Shown piece after piece: positions 34,090 to 42,462 of a DNA stretch of 56,265 nucleotides. Where the stretch lies: assembly GCA_021813125.1 (NCBI GenBank), contig JAKALT010000006.1, positions 1 through 56,265 of the forward strand. The letters are read 5' to 3'. The translations under genes and the position numbers were made by a program. The number at the start of each line of letters is the position of its first letter. Within the stretch, counting starts at the first letter, position 1. The notes beneath the pieces are model-generated. The model was not told where the DNA came from. It searched no databases and saw nothing but the letters and a program-made list of their open reading frames with translations. This stretch comes from a bacterium. GTDB taxonomy: Bacteria; Patescibacteriota; Microgenomatia; Curtissbacterales; GWA2-41-24.

Positions 34090-34551
34090 TTATAGCTCGT
34101 CTTCTCCGTAGAGGTATGGGGAAATGGTTCTGTCCCAGTCGTGAAGGTCGGCTTCCTCAAAAAACCTATGCAGCTCTTCTTTGGCGGCTTCTTCCGAATC
34201 GGAAACGTGCGCAATGTTGTTAGACTGCGAAATCGAAAAGTCGCCGCGGATTGTTCCGTATTCCGCTTCCCTGCCGTTTGTAACACCGGCCATTTTGCGA
34301 ACAACCGCAATGGCATCTTTACCTTCTAAAACCATGCAAACTAATGGCGCCGACATCATAAACTTTTTAAGCCCCGCAAAAAACGGCTTGTCTTTGTGGT
34401 GGGCATAGTGCTCTTCGATAATTGCCTCGGAAGCCTTGGTCATTTTAAGGGCAACAAGTTTTAACCCTTTCCGCTCGAATCTGTGAATTATTTCTCCAAC
34501 CAATCCTCTCTGCAATGCGTCGGGTTTTAGAAGAACTACTGTCTTCTCCAT
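34090..34551 (-). CDS. ndk: nucleoside-diphosphate kinase
   Basis: EKTVVLLKPDALQRGLVGEIIHRFERKGLKLVALKM plus the active-site His context NIAHVSDS. Confidence 0.95.
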   Translation of the reverse strand: MEKTVVLLKPDALQRGLVGEIIHRFERKGLKLVALKMTKASEAIIEEHYAHHKDKPFFAGLKKFMMSAPLVCMVLEGKDAIAVVRKMAGVTNGREAEYGTIRGDFSISQSNNIAHVSDSEEAAKEELHRFFEEADLHDWDRTISPYLYGEDEL

Positions 34552-34606
34552 GTCTTAAGTTTAACACTTGAAATGAGAAATTAGAATTAGGAATTGAAAA
34601 TTATTT

Positions 34607-34973
34607 CTAAATTTTGCTTTTCAAAGATTTTACTGAAGACACCAAAATAGCAACTATCTCATTACATTCTTTCATCTCCAACTCAACAAATCTTGCTTCT
34701 ACCAAACTTGAATACTTAATCACCCGCAACCAATAATTAAGTTTCCCTAGCCTCTTTAAGGGCAATATTAACCGAATGCAAAAATTCTTTAGCCGAAATC
34801 GAATTTTGAGCCTCCTCGCAATTGGCGCCGACCGAACACCCCGACCTAACTATCTGGCTTGCTATTGCATATCCGGCAGGGGTTTTAGGTAATTTTGATG
34901 AAAGAGCGATTATTTTTACCGAAAACTTTAATAACCTTTTAAGAAGCTCATTTTTATCACTTCCACTAGCCAT
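34607..34973 (-). pseudogene. four-helix-bundle protein (23S rRNA IVS protein family), frameshifted
   Basis: The ORF stops after ...ALKEARET. Removing one base of the AA pair at 34739-34740 restores ETNYWLRVIKYSSLVEARFVELEMKECNEIVAILVSSVKSLKSKI*, the expected helix 3-4 region. Confidence 0.8.
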
Positions 34974-35029
34974 CAGGGTAATTCTAAATTCTCAAATCTC
35001 AATTTTCAATTCTAAATTCCCGGATGCTT

Positions 35030-35566
35030 TCATTGCTTTTCCCCATGCGCCTGCTCGTCCACTAGCATATAACCAACATTTGTTCGGGTTCTTATTATAT
35101 CCGGTATATCTTTCCTCCCTGCGCGCAAAACCCTTCGTAACTTAAAAATGTGGACATCTACTGTTTTAGGGGAAGCATAATTTTCCCACACTTTTTCGAC
35201 CAACTCCCTTCTGCTAACCACCTTATTCCTCTTTAAAACCAGGTAGTGCAATAAGTCAAAATTTAACTTGGTTAAATGAACCCTATCCCCTTCAACCACA
35301 ACAGAATGGCCTTCTATGTCAAATTGAAAATAGGGATGCGCGTAGGTAGTATTTTCCAGCGGCCTTGCACTTTCGCCAACCGGATCTTTTGCGGTTTTGG
35401 ATAACCTTCCGTTTCTTGCTAAAAAACTTGCAAAATCACCCAGCTCGTCCCAACCACCGGCGTGTTCCGGGTCGGCCTCCCTCATACGTCTTATCAAGTC
35501 CTGGTGTTTATTAAAACCTGCAGTTCCCCGCTCCGGCATAAACAACCATTCTAGCGGAACAGGCAT
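35030..35566 (-). CDS. OmpR/PhoB-type winged-helix DNA-binding protein without receiver domain
   Basis: The C-terminal half matches Trans_reg_C: LTKLNFDLLHYLVLKRNKVVSRRELVEKVW...VDVHIFKLRRVL...IRTRTNVGYML. The N-terminal ~90 aa is unrecognised. Confidence 0.7.
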   Translation of the reverse strand: MPVPLEWLFMPERGTAGFNKHQDLIRRMREADPEHAGGWDELGDFASFLARNGRLSKTAKDPVGESARPLENTTYAHPYFQFDIEGHSVVVEGDRVHLTKLNFDLLHYLVLKRNKVVSRRELVEKVWENYASPKTVDVHIFKLRRVLRAGRKDIPDIIRTRTNVGYMLVDEQAHGEKQ

Positions 35567-35614
35567 CTATTTGCAATTATAGGATAAGAATTTAGGAGCG
35601 TTTGGAGGCCAACG

Positions 35615-35665
35615 CTAAGGTCAGGCCTTAACTTGGATCCGGCTGGACAAAGGCCTGACCTTTTT
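35615..35665. repeat. REP-like hairpin, copy 11
   Basis: CTAAGGTCAGGCCTTAACTTGGATCCGGCTGGACAAAGGCCTGACCTT. Confidence 0.9.
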
Positions 35666-36178
35666 CTAGTGGCTAGTAACTAATAAAACCTTCTGCCTTT
35701 CATTCTCCTGGACCAGCATTTCCAAATAACGCTCGTGCTGACCTTTAAAATCCGGTTCTGGAACCGGCGTTGCGTTATATACGGCTATGCCAATCTCCTG
35801 TATCCTTTGGGGTGAATATTTTTGTGCCAAACTTGCCAGAGTTTCGTCAGTTACCAGTCCTGGATTCCTCGGAAGCTGGAAGATAAACTCCTTCTCTTCC
35901 AACGGAACGGAAAGAAGATAATTTAAGCCGTAAACGTAAAGGCCATGGTCTTCTCCCCCGACAGAAACAGCTGAAGATTTGGCCCTTCCGTTGTGCTCAA
36001 CCTTCTCATCCTGAATTTTAAAAACAAGCCCGGCACCCGTACTCATCAGAAATATACGTTGGACACCGCGGGAATTAACCGTACCTTGCCTCACCCTGTT
36101 TGATGCAAGACGGACCAGGCCCTGCACCGGCTCTCTCAGTGCCGCAATTTGCTCCGAGCGGGAAATCTGCTCGACCAT
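35666..36178 (-). CDS. hypothetical protein
   Basis: 170-aa ORF, no motif recognised. Confidence 0.45.
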   Translation of the reverse strand: MVEQISRSEQIAALREPVQGLVRLASNRVRQGTVNSRGVQRIFLMSTGAGLVFKIQDEKVEHNGRAKSSAVSVGGEDHGLYVYGLNYLLSVPLEEKEFIFQLPRNPGLVTDETLASLAQKYSPQRIQEIGIAVYNATPVPEPDFKGQHERYLEMLVQENERQKVLLVTSH

Positions 36179-36237
36179 GCTCTAAAAGATAGCACTTTTT
36201 AGCTCTAACAAAAAGCATGGCAATGAAACCAAAGGAC

Positions 36238-36287
36238 AAGGGCAGGCCTTTGTCCGGATTCACCCAAGTGAAGACCTGCCCTTCACC
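36238..36287. repeat. REP-like hairpin, copy 12 (reverse orientation) in a divergent promoter region
   Basis: AAGGGCAGGCCTTTGTCC-loop-GTGAAGACCTGCCCTTCACC followed by TGGTCTCCGGAAAC. Confidence 0.85.
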
Positions 36288-36370
36288 TGGTCTCCGGAAA
36301 CCAGAATCCAGTGGCTAGCTCTATAACAGTTGCCAATCCGCCATTAACCATTTACTATCAACCATGAACC

Positions 36371-38296
36371 ATGAACCGGCATCTCGCTAAGCTGAATTAC
36401 CCTTTAATCGGCATCTTCCTGCTTCTTTCCGTTTTCTTCGCAACCGCCATTAAAACCAGCGCCGATACGTACTGGCACTTGGCCGTCGGCCGTCAAATAA
36501 TCGCAGAAAGAGCAATTCCCACAACCGACAAGTTTATTTATGGCCCCATCGACAAGACTTTTAATTCAGTAGAATGGCTGTTTGATATAGTTTTATACAG
36601 TTTTGAAAACCTCTTGGGAATGTTTGGCGTAACCATTTTGCGTGTTCTTGTAGGCACCGCAAGCATCTATTTTTTCTACCGGACAATATCTCTCATCACC
36701 CAAAATAACATCGTCAAAAGTTTCCTGGTCGCCCTCACCGGCTACATGATCGCCTTTCGCTTGTATGACCGGCCGGAAATCGCCAGCTTCTTGTTTCTTT
36801 CGATAGTCAATTATTCCTGCTTTTATTACTTTTTTAAAAAGAAACTTTCTATCTCCTCTTATCTTTTGCCCCTCATTTTTCTTGCCTGGCCCAATACTCA
36901 CCCGTTTGGCATCATCGGCTTGGCAATTTTCAGCTTTTTCATCTTCATTTTCCTGTTTGAAAAATTTGCCCTAAAAACTAAATCTCAAAACCTAAACCTA
37001 ATATTGGCAGTTTACTTTTCATCTACCATTTTGGCATTAATCCAATTCAAAAAGCTGTTTATTTTTCTTGAATTAGGTGGCTTGAATGAACACAATCTCA
37101 CCGAATTTTACTCACTGTCGCAGCGCATCTGGTTAACAAAAGGCTTTGACATTGCTAACCAAACCTCTTACGACATTTACATTTATTTGACCTCTGTCTT
37201 AGTCCTTATTATTTCGCTCGCCTTGCTTGCCAAAAACTGGCGCAAAAACCTGCCGCTGATTTTATTAGGCGCTTTTTACCTTACCATTTTCCTGACACCC
37301 GTTAAACTTTATAGGATCTTGCCATCGGTATTTCTGGTTTCGGCACCGGCCATCCTGCTTTTGGCCAAAAAAGGCCTGCCGAAAATCCCAGCATTTGCAA
37401 ACAAAGTGGTCGGCGCCTGCCTTGTAGTGATTTTGTTGATTATAGTAATTTCAATCGGCCAGCAAAGAATCGCCGGCATCCGCGACTTTGCCATCGTCCT
37501 CTACCGTGGTAGCGACCCCTCAAATTACAAACCGGCAGGCGTCATCAATTTACTTTGGAACCCGACGTTTCCCCAGAAAGAACCGGAAATAATCAAAAAA
37601 TACGTAAATACCAAACGTTTCTTCACCTCAACTCCCTGGGATGAATATTTTATCTGGTATCTGCCAGGTACCCAGGCTTTTGCCGATGCCCTTTTCTATA
37701 ACCGTGCCCAAAACGATTATAACGACGAGGTCGCTTTAGCCGGCGGTCAGGGCAATTGGCGGGAACTTCTTAAAAAATATGACATCGACACAGTCATCAA
37801 TAGCCAACCCGGCTCATACTGGCCGGTCAGCGTACCTGTCTATACTTTGCCCAATTGGAAGTTGGTCTACGCCAACGACGTGGCTTATGTTTATGCCAGG
37901 GAAGATGTTATCAAAAGCCTGCCCGTCGACCTTTCTGCCATTAATGAAGGCCTGCACTCACCGCTTAAATTTGAGGACAAAGACGCTCAGCTTGCCGTAA
38001 AACAACTCCAAAATCTGCTTGCATTCGATCCCCAAAATGCCTTTGCCCGCACCCAGCTGGCAATCTACTACCTGAAAGCCGACCCCGAAAAGGCCAAGAG
38101 CATCTCCGAGCAGTCACGCCAAATATATCCCAAAAACCCTCTTTATAACCTCGTACTTGCTTCCTATTACCAACAGAAAAACCAATGCACTCAGGCTATA
38201 AACTTTGCGGATGAAGCCGCAAGAAAAGCTCTTAATGACGATTCGATAACTCCGGAAGCCCAAAACATCAAAGACAGCTGCGCGCAAAATAGGTAG
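36371..38296 (+). CDS. polytopic membrane protein with C-terminal TPR region (GT-C / O-antigen-polymerase-like architecture)
   Basis: ~13 TM helices followed by a soluble domain with TPR-like repeats (AFARTQLAIYYLKADPEKA..., LYNLVLASYYQQKNQ...). The start ATGAACC is preceded by one ATGAACC word. Confidence 0.5.
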   Translation: MNRHLAKLNYPLIGIFLLLSVFFATAIKTSADTYWHLAVGRQIIAERAIPTTDKFIYGPIDKTFNSVEWLFDIVLYSFENLLGMFGVTILRVLVGTASIYFFYRTISLITQNNIVKSFLVALTGYMIAFRLYDRPEIASFLFLSIVNYSCFYYFFKKKLSISSYLLPLIFLAWPNTHPFGIIGLAIFSFFIFIFLFEKFALKTKSQNLNLILAVYFSSTILALIQFKKLFIFLELGGLNEHNLTEFYSLSQRIWLTKGFDIANQTSYDIYIYLTSVLVLIISLALLAKNWRKNLPLILLGAFYLTIFLTPVKLYRILPSVFLVSAPAILLLAKKGLPKIPAFANKVVGACLVVILLIIVISIGQQRIAGIRDFAIVLYRGSDPSNYKPAGVINLLWNPTFPQKEPEIIKKYVNTKRFFTSTPWDEYFIWYLPGTQAFADALFYNRAQNDYNDEVALAGGQGNWRELLKKYDIDTVINSQPGSYWPVSVPVYTLPNWKLVYANDVAYVYAREDVIKSLPVDLSAINEGLHSPLKFEDKDAQLAVKQLQNLLAFDPQNAFARTQLAIYYLKADPEKAKSISEQSRQIYPKNPLYNLVLASYYQQKNQCTQAINFADEAARKALNDDSITPEAQNIKDSCAQNR

Positions 38297-38304
38297 TGGC
38301 CTAG

Positions 38305-38356
38305 CTAAGGGCAGGCCTTTGTCCAGCCGGATCTAAGTTAAGGCCTGACCTTAATC
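38305..38356. repeat. REP-like hairpin, copy 13 (inverted copy of copy 11)
   Basis: Its reverse complement differs from copy 11 at 2 of ~47 positions. Confidence 0.9.
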
Positions 38357-38422
38357 TGGACTCTGGTCTCTGGAAACTGGTTACTGGAAGCTAATTTAAA
38401 TCTTCAGAAGTTTTTCGGGGTG

Positions 38423-38644
38423 CTAAATATTTTCATCTAACTCTTCTTTGGTAATACCCGCCTGCCTTAAAATACTTTGCAGTGTCCCCATTACAATTTC
38501 CCTGTGGTTTGGAACAATCGGCGAAAATACCTGGCCGTTAACTCTTTTTCTCAATTTTATATGACTGCCCTTTTGGGAAACCACTTCAAACCCTAGCCTC
38601 TGAAGGGCACGGATTATTTGCCTAGCCGAATAAAGCTTAGGCAT
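38423..38644 (-). CDS. hicA: HicA-family mRNA interferase toxin
   Basis: ARQIIRALQRLGFEVVSQKGSHIKLRK matches the HicA/YcfA pattern. Confidence 0.85.
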   Translation of the reverse strand: MPKLYSARQIIRALQRLGFEVVSQKGSHIKLRKRVNGQVFSPIVPNHREIVMGTLQSILRQAGITKEELDENI

Positions 38645-38879
38645 TCACCGAAAAAGAAAGGGATTCTACTTGTGGACTCTCGATAACCGGAGTTTTTGCA
38701 CTATCTGTGTCTTCAAAATATAGTTCCAGCGCCTCTTGTAAGTTGCCGGTAGCCTCTCTTCGGGTTTTGCCCTGGCTTGCGACCTCGACTTCAAGGCTCC
38801 TCGCAACAAAATATTTGCCTTCTTTCCAGATAACATAATGGAGGTTTTTCTTTTTCATTTCAGGCTGATTATAACACAA
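38637..38879 (-). CDS. hicB: HicB-family antitoxin
   Basis: YVIWKEGKYFVARSLEVEVASQGKTRREATGNLQEALELYFED. It overlaps hicA by 8 nt. Confidence 0.8.
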   Translation of the reverse strand: MCYNQPEMKKKNLHYVIWKEGKYFVARSLEVEVASQGKTRREATGNLQEALELYFEDTDSAKTPVIESPQVESLSFSVNA

Positions 38880-38934
38880 AAAACCCTAGCTAAGGCCAAA
38901 ACTAATCACTAATGGCTAATTGCTAGTGGCTAAC

Positions 38935-40212
38935 TTAAATTTTTAATAATTTCTCAAATCTTGCGGAATCTTTAAAAGGACCAATTACAGCCAAATTCAA
39001 CTTGCTCTCCGTAACCAAAAACTGGCTAAGTCTGTGCACATCCTCGGCAGTTACCTCGTCTATAAGCTTTAAATATTCGTTAAGAGGCCTCACCCTGCCC
39101 TCCATCAATTCGTCGGATCCGTAGGATAGCGCAACCGTCCTGGAATCTTCCCAGGAAAGGATTACTTTGCCTTTAATGTATTCTTTTGCTTTTTTGAGCT
39201 CCCTGTCATCCACTTTTTCTTTGGCAATTTCACCAAATTCCGCAAGAATCACTTTTATAGCCTCATCGATTCGCTTAAGGTCAACTCCTGCCGAAGCAGC
39301 CAGTGTGCCGGTATCAAGATAAGATTCGTGGTCGGCGCGGATGTAGTAACAAAGGCCGCGTTTCTCGCGAACGTTCACAAAAAGCCTTGAAGACATTCCG
39401 CCCCCCAGAATAGTCCCCAAAATTGCTGCCGTATAACGGTCAGGGTCGGCAAGCCTCAAGCCCCTAAAACCAACCACCAAATGTGCCTGGTCGGTCTTTT
39501 TATAAACAACCTTGCAAGCCGGTTTCTTCTGGTCTTCCTCAACTGGCAAAAACCCACTGACAGCCTTCTTTTGTTGCTTCCCGAAATGCTCGTTTATATT
39601 TGAAAAGGCCTTATCTCGGTCGAAGTTTCCGGCAACAGTCACAACCATATTATTTGGGGCATAACGCTCGTTAATATAGTCGAAAAAGTCGACCCTTTTA
39701 ATCTTGCGGATTACATCCTTTTCGCCGCCTATATCCCAACCCAAAGGCTGGTCACCCCATAAGAGGTGCTCGTAGATTTCCCCAACCCGCCTCATCGGCG
39801 TGTCTTCATACATGTTCAGTTCTTCGATTATTACCCCCCGCTCTTTTTCAATTTCACGCTCATCAAACTTGCTGTTCCAAACCATATCGGCTAGCATGTC
39901 CAAAACCAATGGCAAATGCTGCGAAGCAGCCTTAATGTGGTATGCAGTTATCTCTTTGGATGTAAAAGCGTTGTAGTCTGCACCAATCTCGTCTAAAGCA
40001 TGCGAAATATCGGAGGCGGTTGGCCTCTTCTTGGTACCCTTAAAAAACATGTGCTCCAAAAAGTGCGAGATGCCGTTTGTGTCTTTGCGCTCGTATCTTG
40101 ATCCGGCCCCGCACATTACGATTGCAGTTGATGAAAGCACAGAAGAAAGCGGGGCAAAAATTACCCGCAAACCGTTTTTTAAAGTTACTTTTTCAAAATC
40201 TGAAGGCTCCAT
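38935..40212 (-). CDS. M16 (pitrilysin/insulinase) family zinc peptidase
   Basis: Inverted zinc motif HFLEHMFFKGT (HxxEH) and a downstream Glu region. Confidence 0.85.
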   Translation of the reverse strand: MEPSDFEKVTLKNGLRVIFAPLSSVLSSTAIVMCGAGSRYERKDTNGISHFLEHMFFKGTKKRPTASDISHALDEIGADYNAFTSKEITAYHIKAASQHLPLVLDMLADMVWNSKFDEREIEKERGVIIEELNMYEDTPMRRVGEIYEHLLWGDQPLGWDIGGEKDVIRKIKRVDFFDYINERYAPNNMVVTVAGNFDRDKAFSNINEHFGKQQKKAVSGFLPVEEDQKKPACKVVYKKTDQAHLVVGFRGLRLADPDRYTAAILGTILGGGMSSRLFVNVREKRGLCYYIRADHESYLDTGTLAASAGVDLKRIDEAIKVILAEFGEIAKEKVDDRELKKAKEYIKGKVILSWEDSRTVALSYGSDELMEGRVRPLNEYLKLIDEVTAEDVHRLSQFLVTESKLNLAVIGPFKDSARFEKLLKI

Positions 40213-40315
40213 AAATTAATTCTTAATTTTCAGTTTTTAATTTTAAATGAATTCTTAATGTTCTAATGTTTAAAAATTTAGATTTGATTAAAAATTAATA
40301 ATTGCAAATTTAAAA
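40213..40315. repeat. AT-rich 7-nt-period word array
   Basis: AATTCTT AATTTTC AGTTTTT AATTTTA AATGAAT ... fills the whole intergenic space. Confidence 0.6.
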
Positions 40316-41167
40316 TCATCTAATCTCTATATCATTAACTTCCCAAGAATAATCATTATATACCGTCACCGTTGCAAACCGCGGGCCCTGGAAATTACTA
40401 TCGGCGTCTATTGCGCCGACAGTTGTGATTTTAACATTCCCCGCCGGTGATTTGTACTCGGCAAAAAAGTGCATGTCGCCGCTAAAAAAACCGTTAACGT
40501 GCCTGTCTTCCATCAATTTCATAAAATCACCTGCTTGCCCGGCGATAGTATCCGACCCTTCCCCCATTACATGGCTGGACTGCGGATGAAACGGCGTCTT
40601 GTGCGCAAAAACAAACGTTACTTTGGAATTTGGAGTTTGGAATTTGGAGTTAAGGTCCTGCCATTCTCCAGAACCTATACCATTGTATATATCACTATTA
40701 TCTACTATAACAAACTCCACCCCATTTTCCGTAAAATCACGGCTCGGCTCACCGAAAACTTGTTTGTAATTCGTCAAGGCATCATCTCCACGGTTGCGGC
40801 TATCCCACAAGTCGTGGTCGCCGGGCGTCAGATAATATGTGAGGCCGGACTTATCAAAAATGGCCTTTGCCGCCGTTAACTGATCAACTGTGCCGATACT
40901 CGACCAGTCCCCAAGCCCAATCACAAAATTGACTCCGGATCCTTTGGCCTGGTCAAGTGCTTTAGCCAAAAGCTCATTATCATTTTCCGAATCGGCAACC
41001 ATGGCAAACCTTAAAATAGGCTTTTTTGTAACCTTTTCACCCTGCACCCGGTCTAGTCCCCCTGCCGGCTCAAAAACGTTAATGTGGCCAAAAACCTTAC
41101 CTTTAACATAAAAAAACGCCCAGATAATCAGGGCAACCAAAATGATTATTAAAAAAACCTTCTTCAC
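40316..41167 (-). CDS. calcineurin-like metallophosphoesterase, membrane-anchored
   Basis: Metal-ligand motifs ADSEND, GLGDWSS, GDHDLW, FAHKTPFH and GDMHFF. It contains an in-frame word array at 40622-40651 (NSKFQTPNSK). Confidence 0.8.
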   Translation of the reverse strand: MKKVFLIIILVALIIWAFFYVKGKVFGHINVFEPAGGLDRVQGEKVTKKPILRFAMVADSENDNELLAKALDQAKGSGVNFVIGLGDWSSIGTVDQLTAAKAIFDKSGLTYYLTPGDHDLWDSRNRGDDALTNYKQVFGEPSRDFTENGVEFVIVDNSDIYNGIGSGEWQDLNSKFQTPNSKVTFVFAHKTPFHPQSSHVMGEGSDTIAGQAGDFMKLMEDRHVNGFFSGDMHFFAEYKSPAGNVKITTVGAIDADSNFQGPRFATVTVYNDYSWEVNDIEIR

Positions 41168-41196
41168 AGTCGCTATATTCTAACAAAACCTCGATG

Positions 41197-41247
41197 TAAG
41201 GGCAGGCCTTTGTCCAGATTCACCGAAGCTAAGGCCTGCCCTTTACC
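41197..41247. repeat. REP-like hairpin, copy 14 (reverse orientation), with CTGGTCT/CTGGAAA/CTAATTG tail
   Basis: TAAGGGCAGGCCTTTGTCC-loop-CTAAGGCCTGCCCTTTACC. Confidence 0.9.
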
Positions 41248-41333
41248 TGGTCTCTGGAAACTAATTGCTAGTTGCTAACCTCCATCGCCCCCGGCTTGAC
41301 TTAGCTACTTCCAGTGCTATAATCCGCTCTATT

Positions 41334-42461
41334 ATGGTAATAGAGTATGAGCGCCCGGAAGGAATTGTCCTGACCGAAAAACGAGCTGAAGGAATTACAG
41401 TCGGCCAAAGATTAGCAAAATGGCAAAAAGATAATACTCGCGGCTTGCTCAAGAAAAGAGTCCCAAAGTTACCAACCCACACTCCTCCGGATCTGCACTT
41501 TGCTGAAATTACATATTTCCAGGCTTCCTCAGCTGAGGGATCAAACTATTTCGTTGCAATTGGCCGCGATGAGGACAGATCGACAATAATCGTAAACGAT
41601 CAAGTAGTTTTCAATGAGCCTGTACAGGAAATTACAGTAGTCGATGACTCACTTTACGCGCCGGAAGACAAACCAAGGTTTCTATGTGAAGTTAAGGATG
41701 AGTCCGGAACCTCTCTCCTTTATGTAAATCAAGACGGGACAAAGCCAATCATGAAAAACCAACAACAAATCATTATAGATCAATCTGTAGTCTATGTTGA
41801 ACAAGGCTACGCCGATAGAGCTATTGGGGTTTCACAAGATCGAACGACTTTCGTCTATATGAATGAAAAAGGTGAGATTCTGAAAACTTTCGAAATTGAG
41901 ATGGCGTTACCGTTCCCCAAATCTGCAAAAACCTACTGTGCCAACGACTTGACAACCATAACCTCCTTTCAGCAAGACAGTGAAACCGAGAGTCCTGACC
42001 AAAAACGTAAAACCTTCTTTAGGGACAACCAATTAATCGCTGAAGATGTCGTCCAATCTAAATTCGGTACAGGCATAGCGTTTAGCCTCGACTACAAAAC
42101 GCAAATTTCAGTTACTAAAGGAACAGATACAAATTCGGACACCTTAGTAGCGAGAGACGGAAAAATTATCTACAGGATTCATAAATCTAGTGCTGCATTT
42201 GACTGGATAGAGACAAACAACGATCTGAGCCTTGTTGCGATCGGCTTTAAAGGCCCGGAAAAATCAAGTGCTCTCTTTTTAACTCCAGCTACCAACGGAT
42301 GGACCAAAGACTATGATCCCAAATTTCAACCACCAGTATCGTTTTTGGGAGATTCCATGGTTATAAAGTATCGCAGAAGCGGAGTAACAAGAAACTTAAC
42401 CATACCAAAAAGTAAAGGCCAGCCAGAAGAAACCACAGACGAAGACAAATCTGTCGCCTAG
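41334..42461 (+). CDS. hypothetical cytoplasmic protein
   Basis: ATG at 41334 (MVIEYERPEG) is preferred because the upstream part of the ORF lies in the word array. No motif recognised. Confidence 0.45.
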   Translation: MVIEYERPEGIVLTEKRAEGITVGQRLAKWQKDNTRGLLKKRVPKLPTHTPPDLHFAEITYFQASSAEGSNYFVAIGRDEDRSTIIVNDQVVFNEPVQEITVVDDSLYAPEDKPRFLCEVKDESGTSLLYVNQDGTKPIMKNQQQIIIDQSVVYVEQGYADRAIGVSQDRTTFVYMNEKGEILKTFEIEMALPFPKSAKTYCANDLTTITSFQQDSETESPDQKRKTFFRDNQLIAEDVVQSKFGTGIAFSLDYKTQISVTKGTDTNSDTLVARDGKIIYRIHKSSAAFDWIETNNDLSLVAIGFKGPEKSSALFLTPATNGWTKDYDPKFQPPVSFLGDSMVIKYRRSGVTRNLTIPKSKGQPEETTDEDKSVA

Positions 42462-42462
42462 C

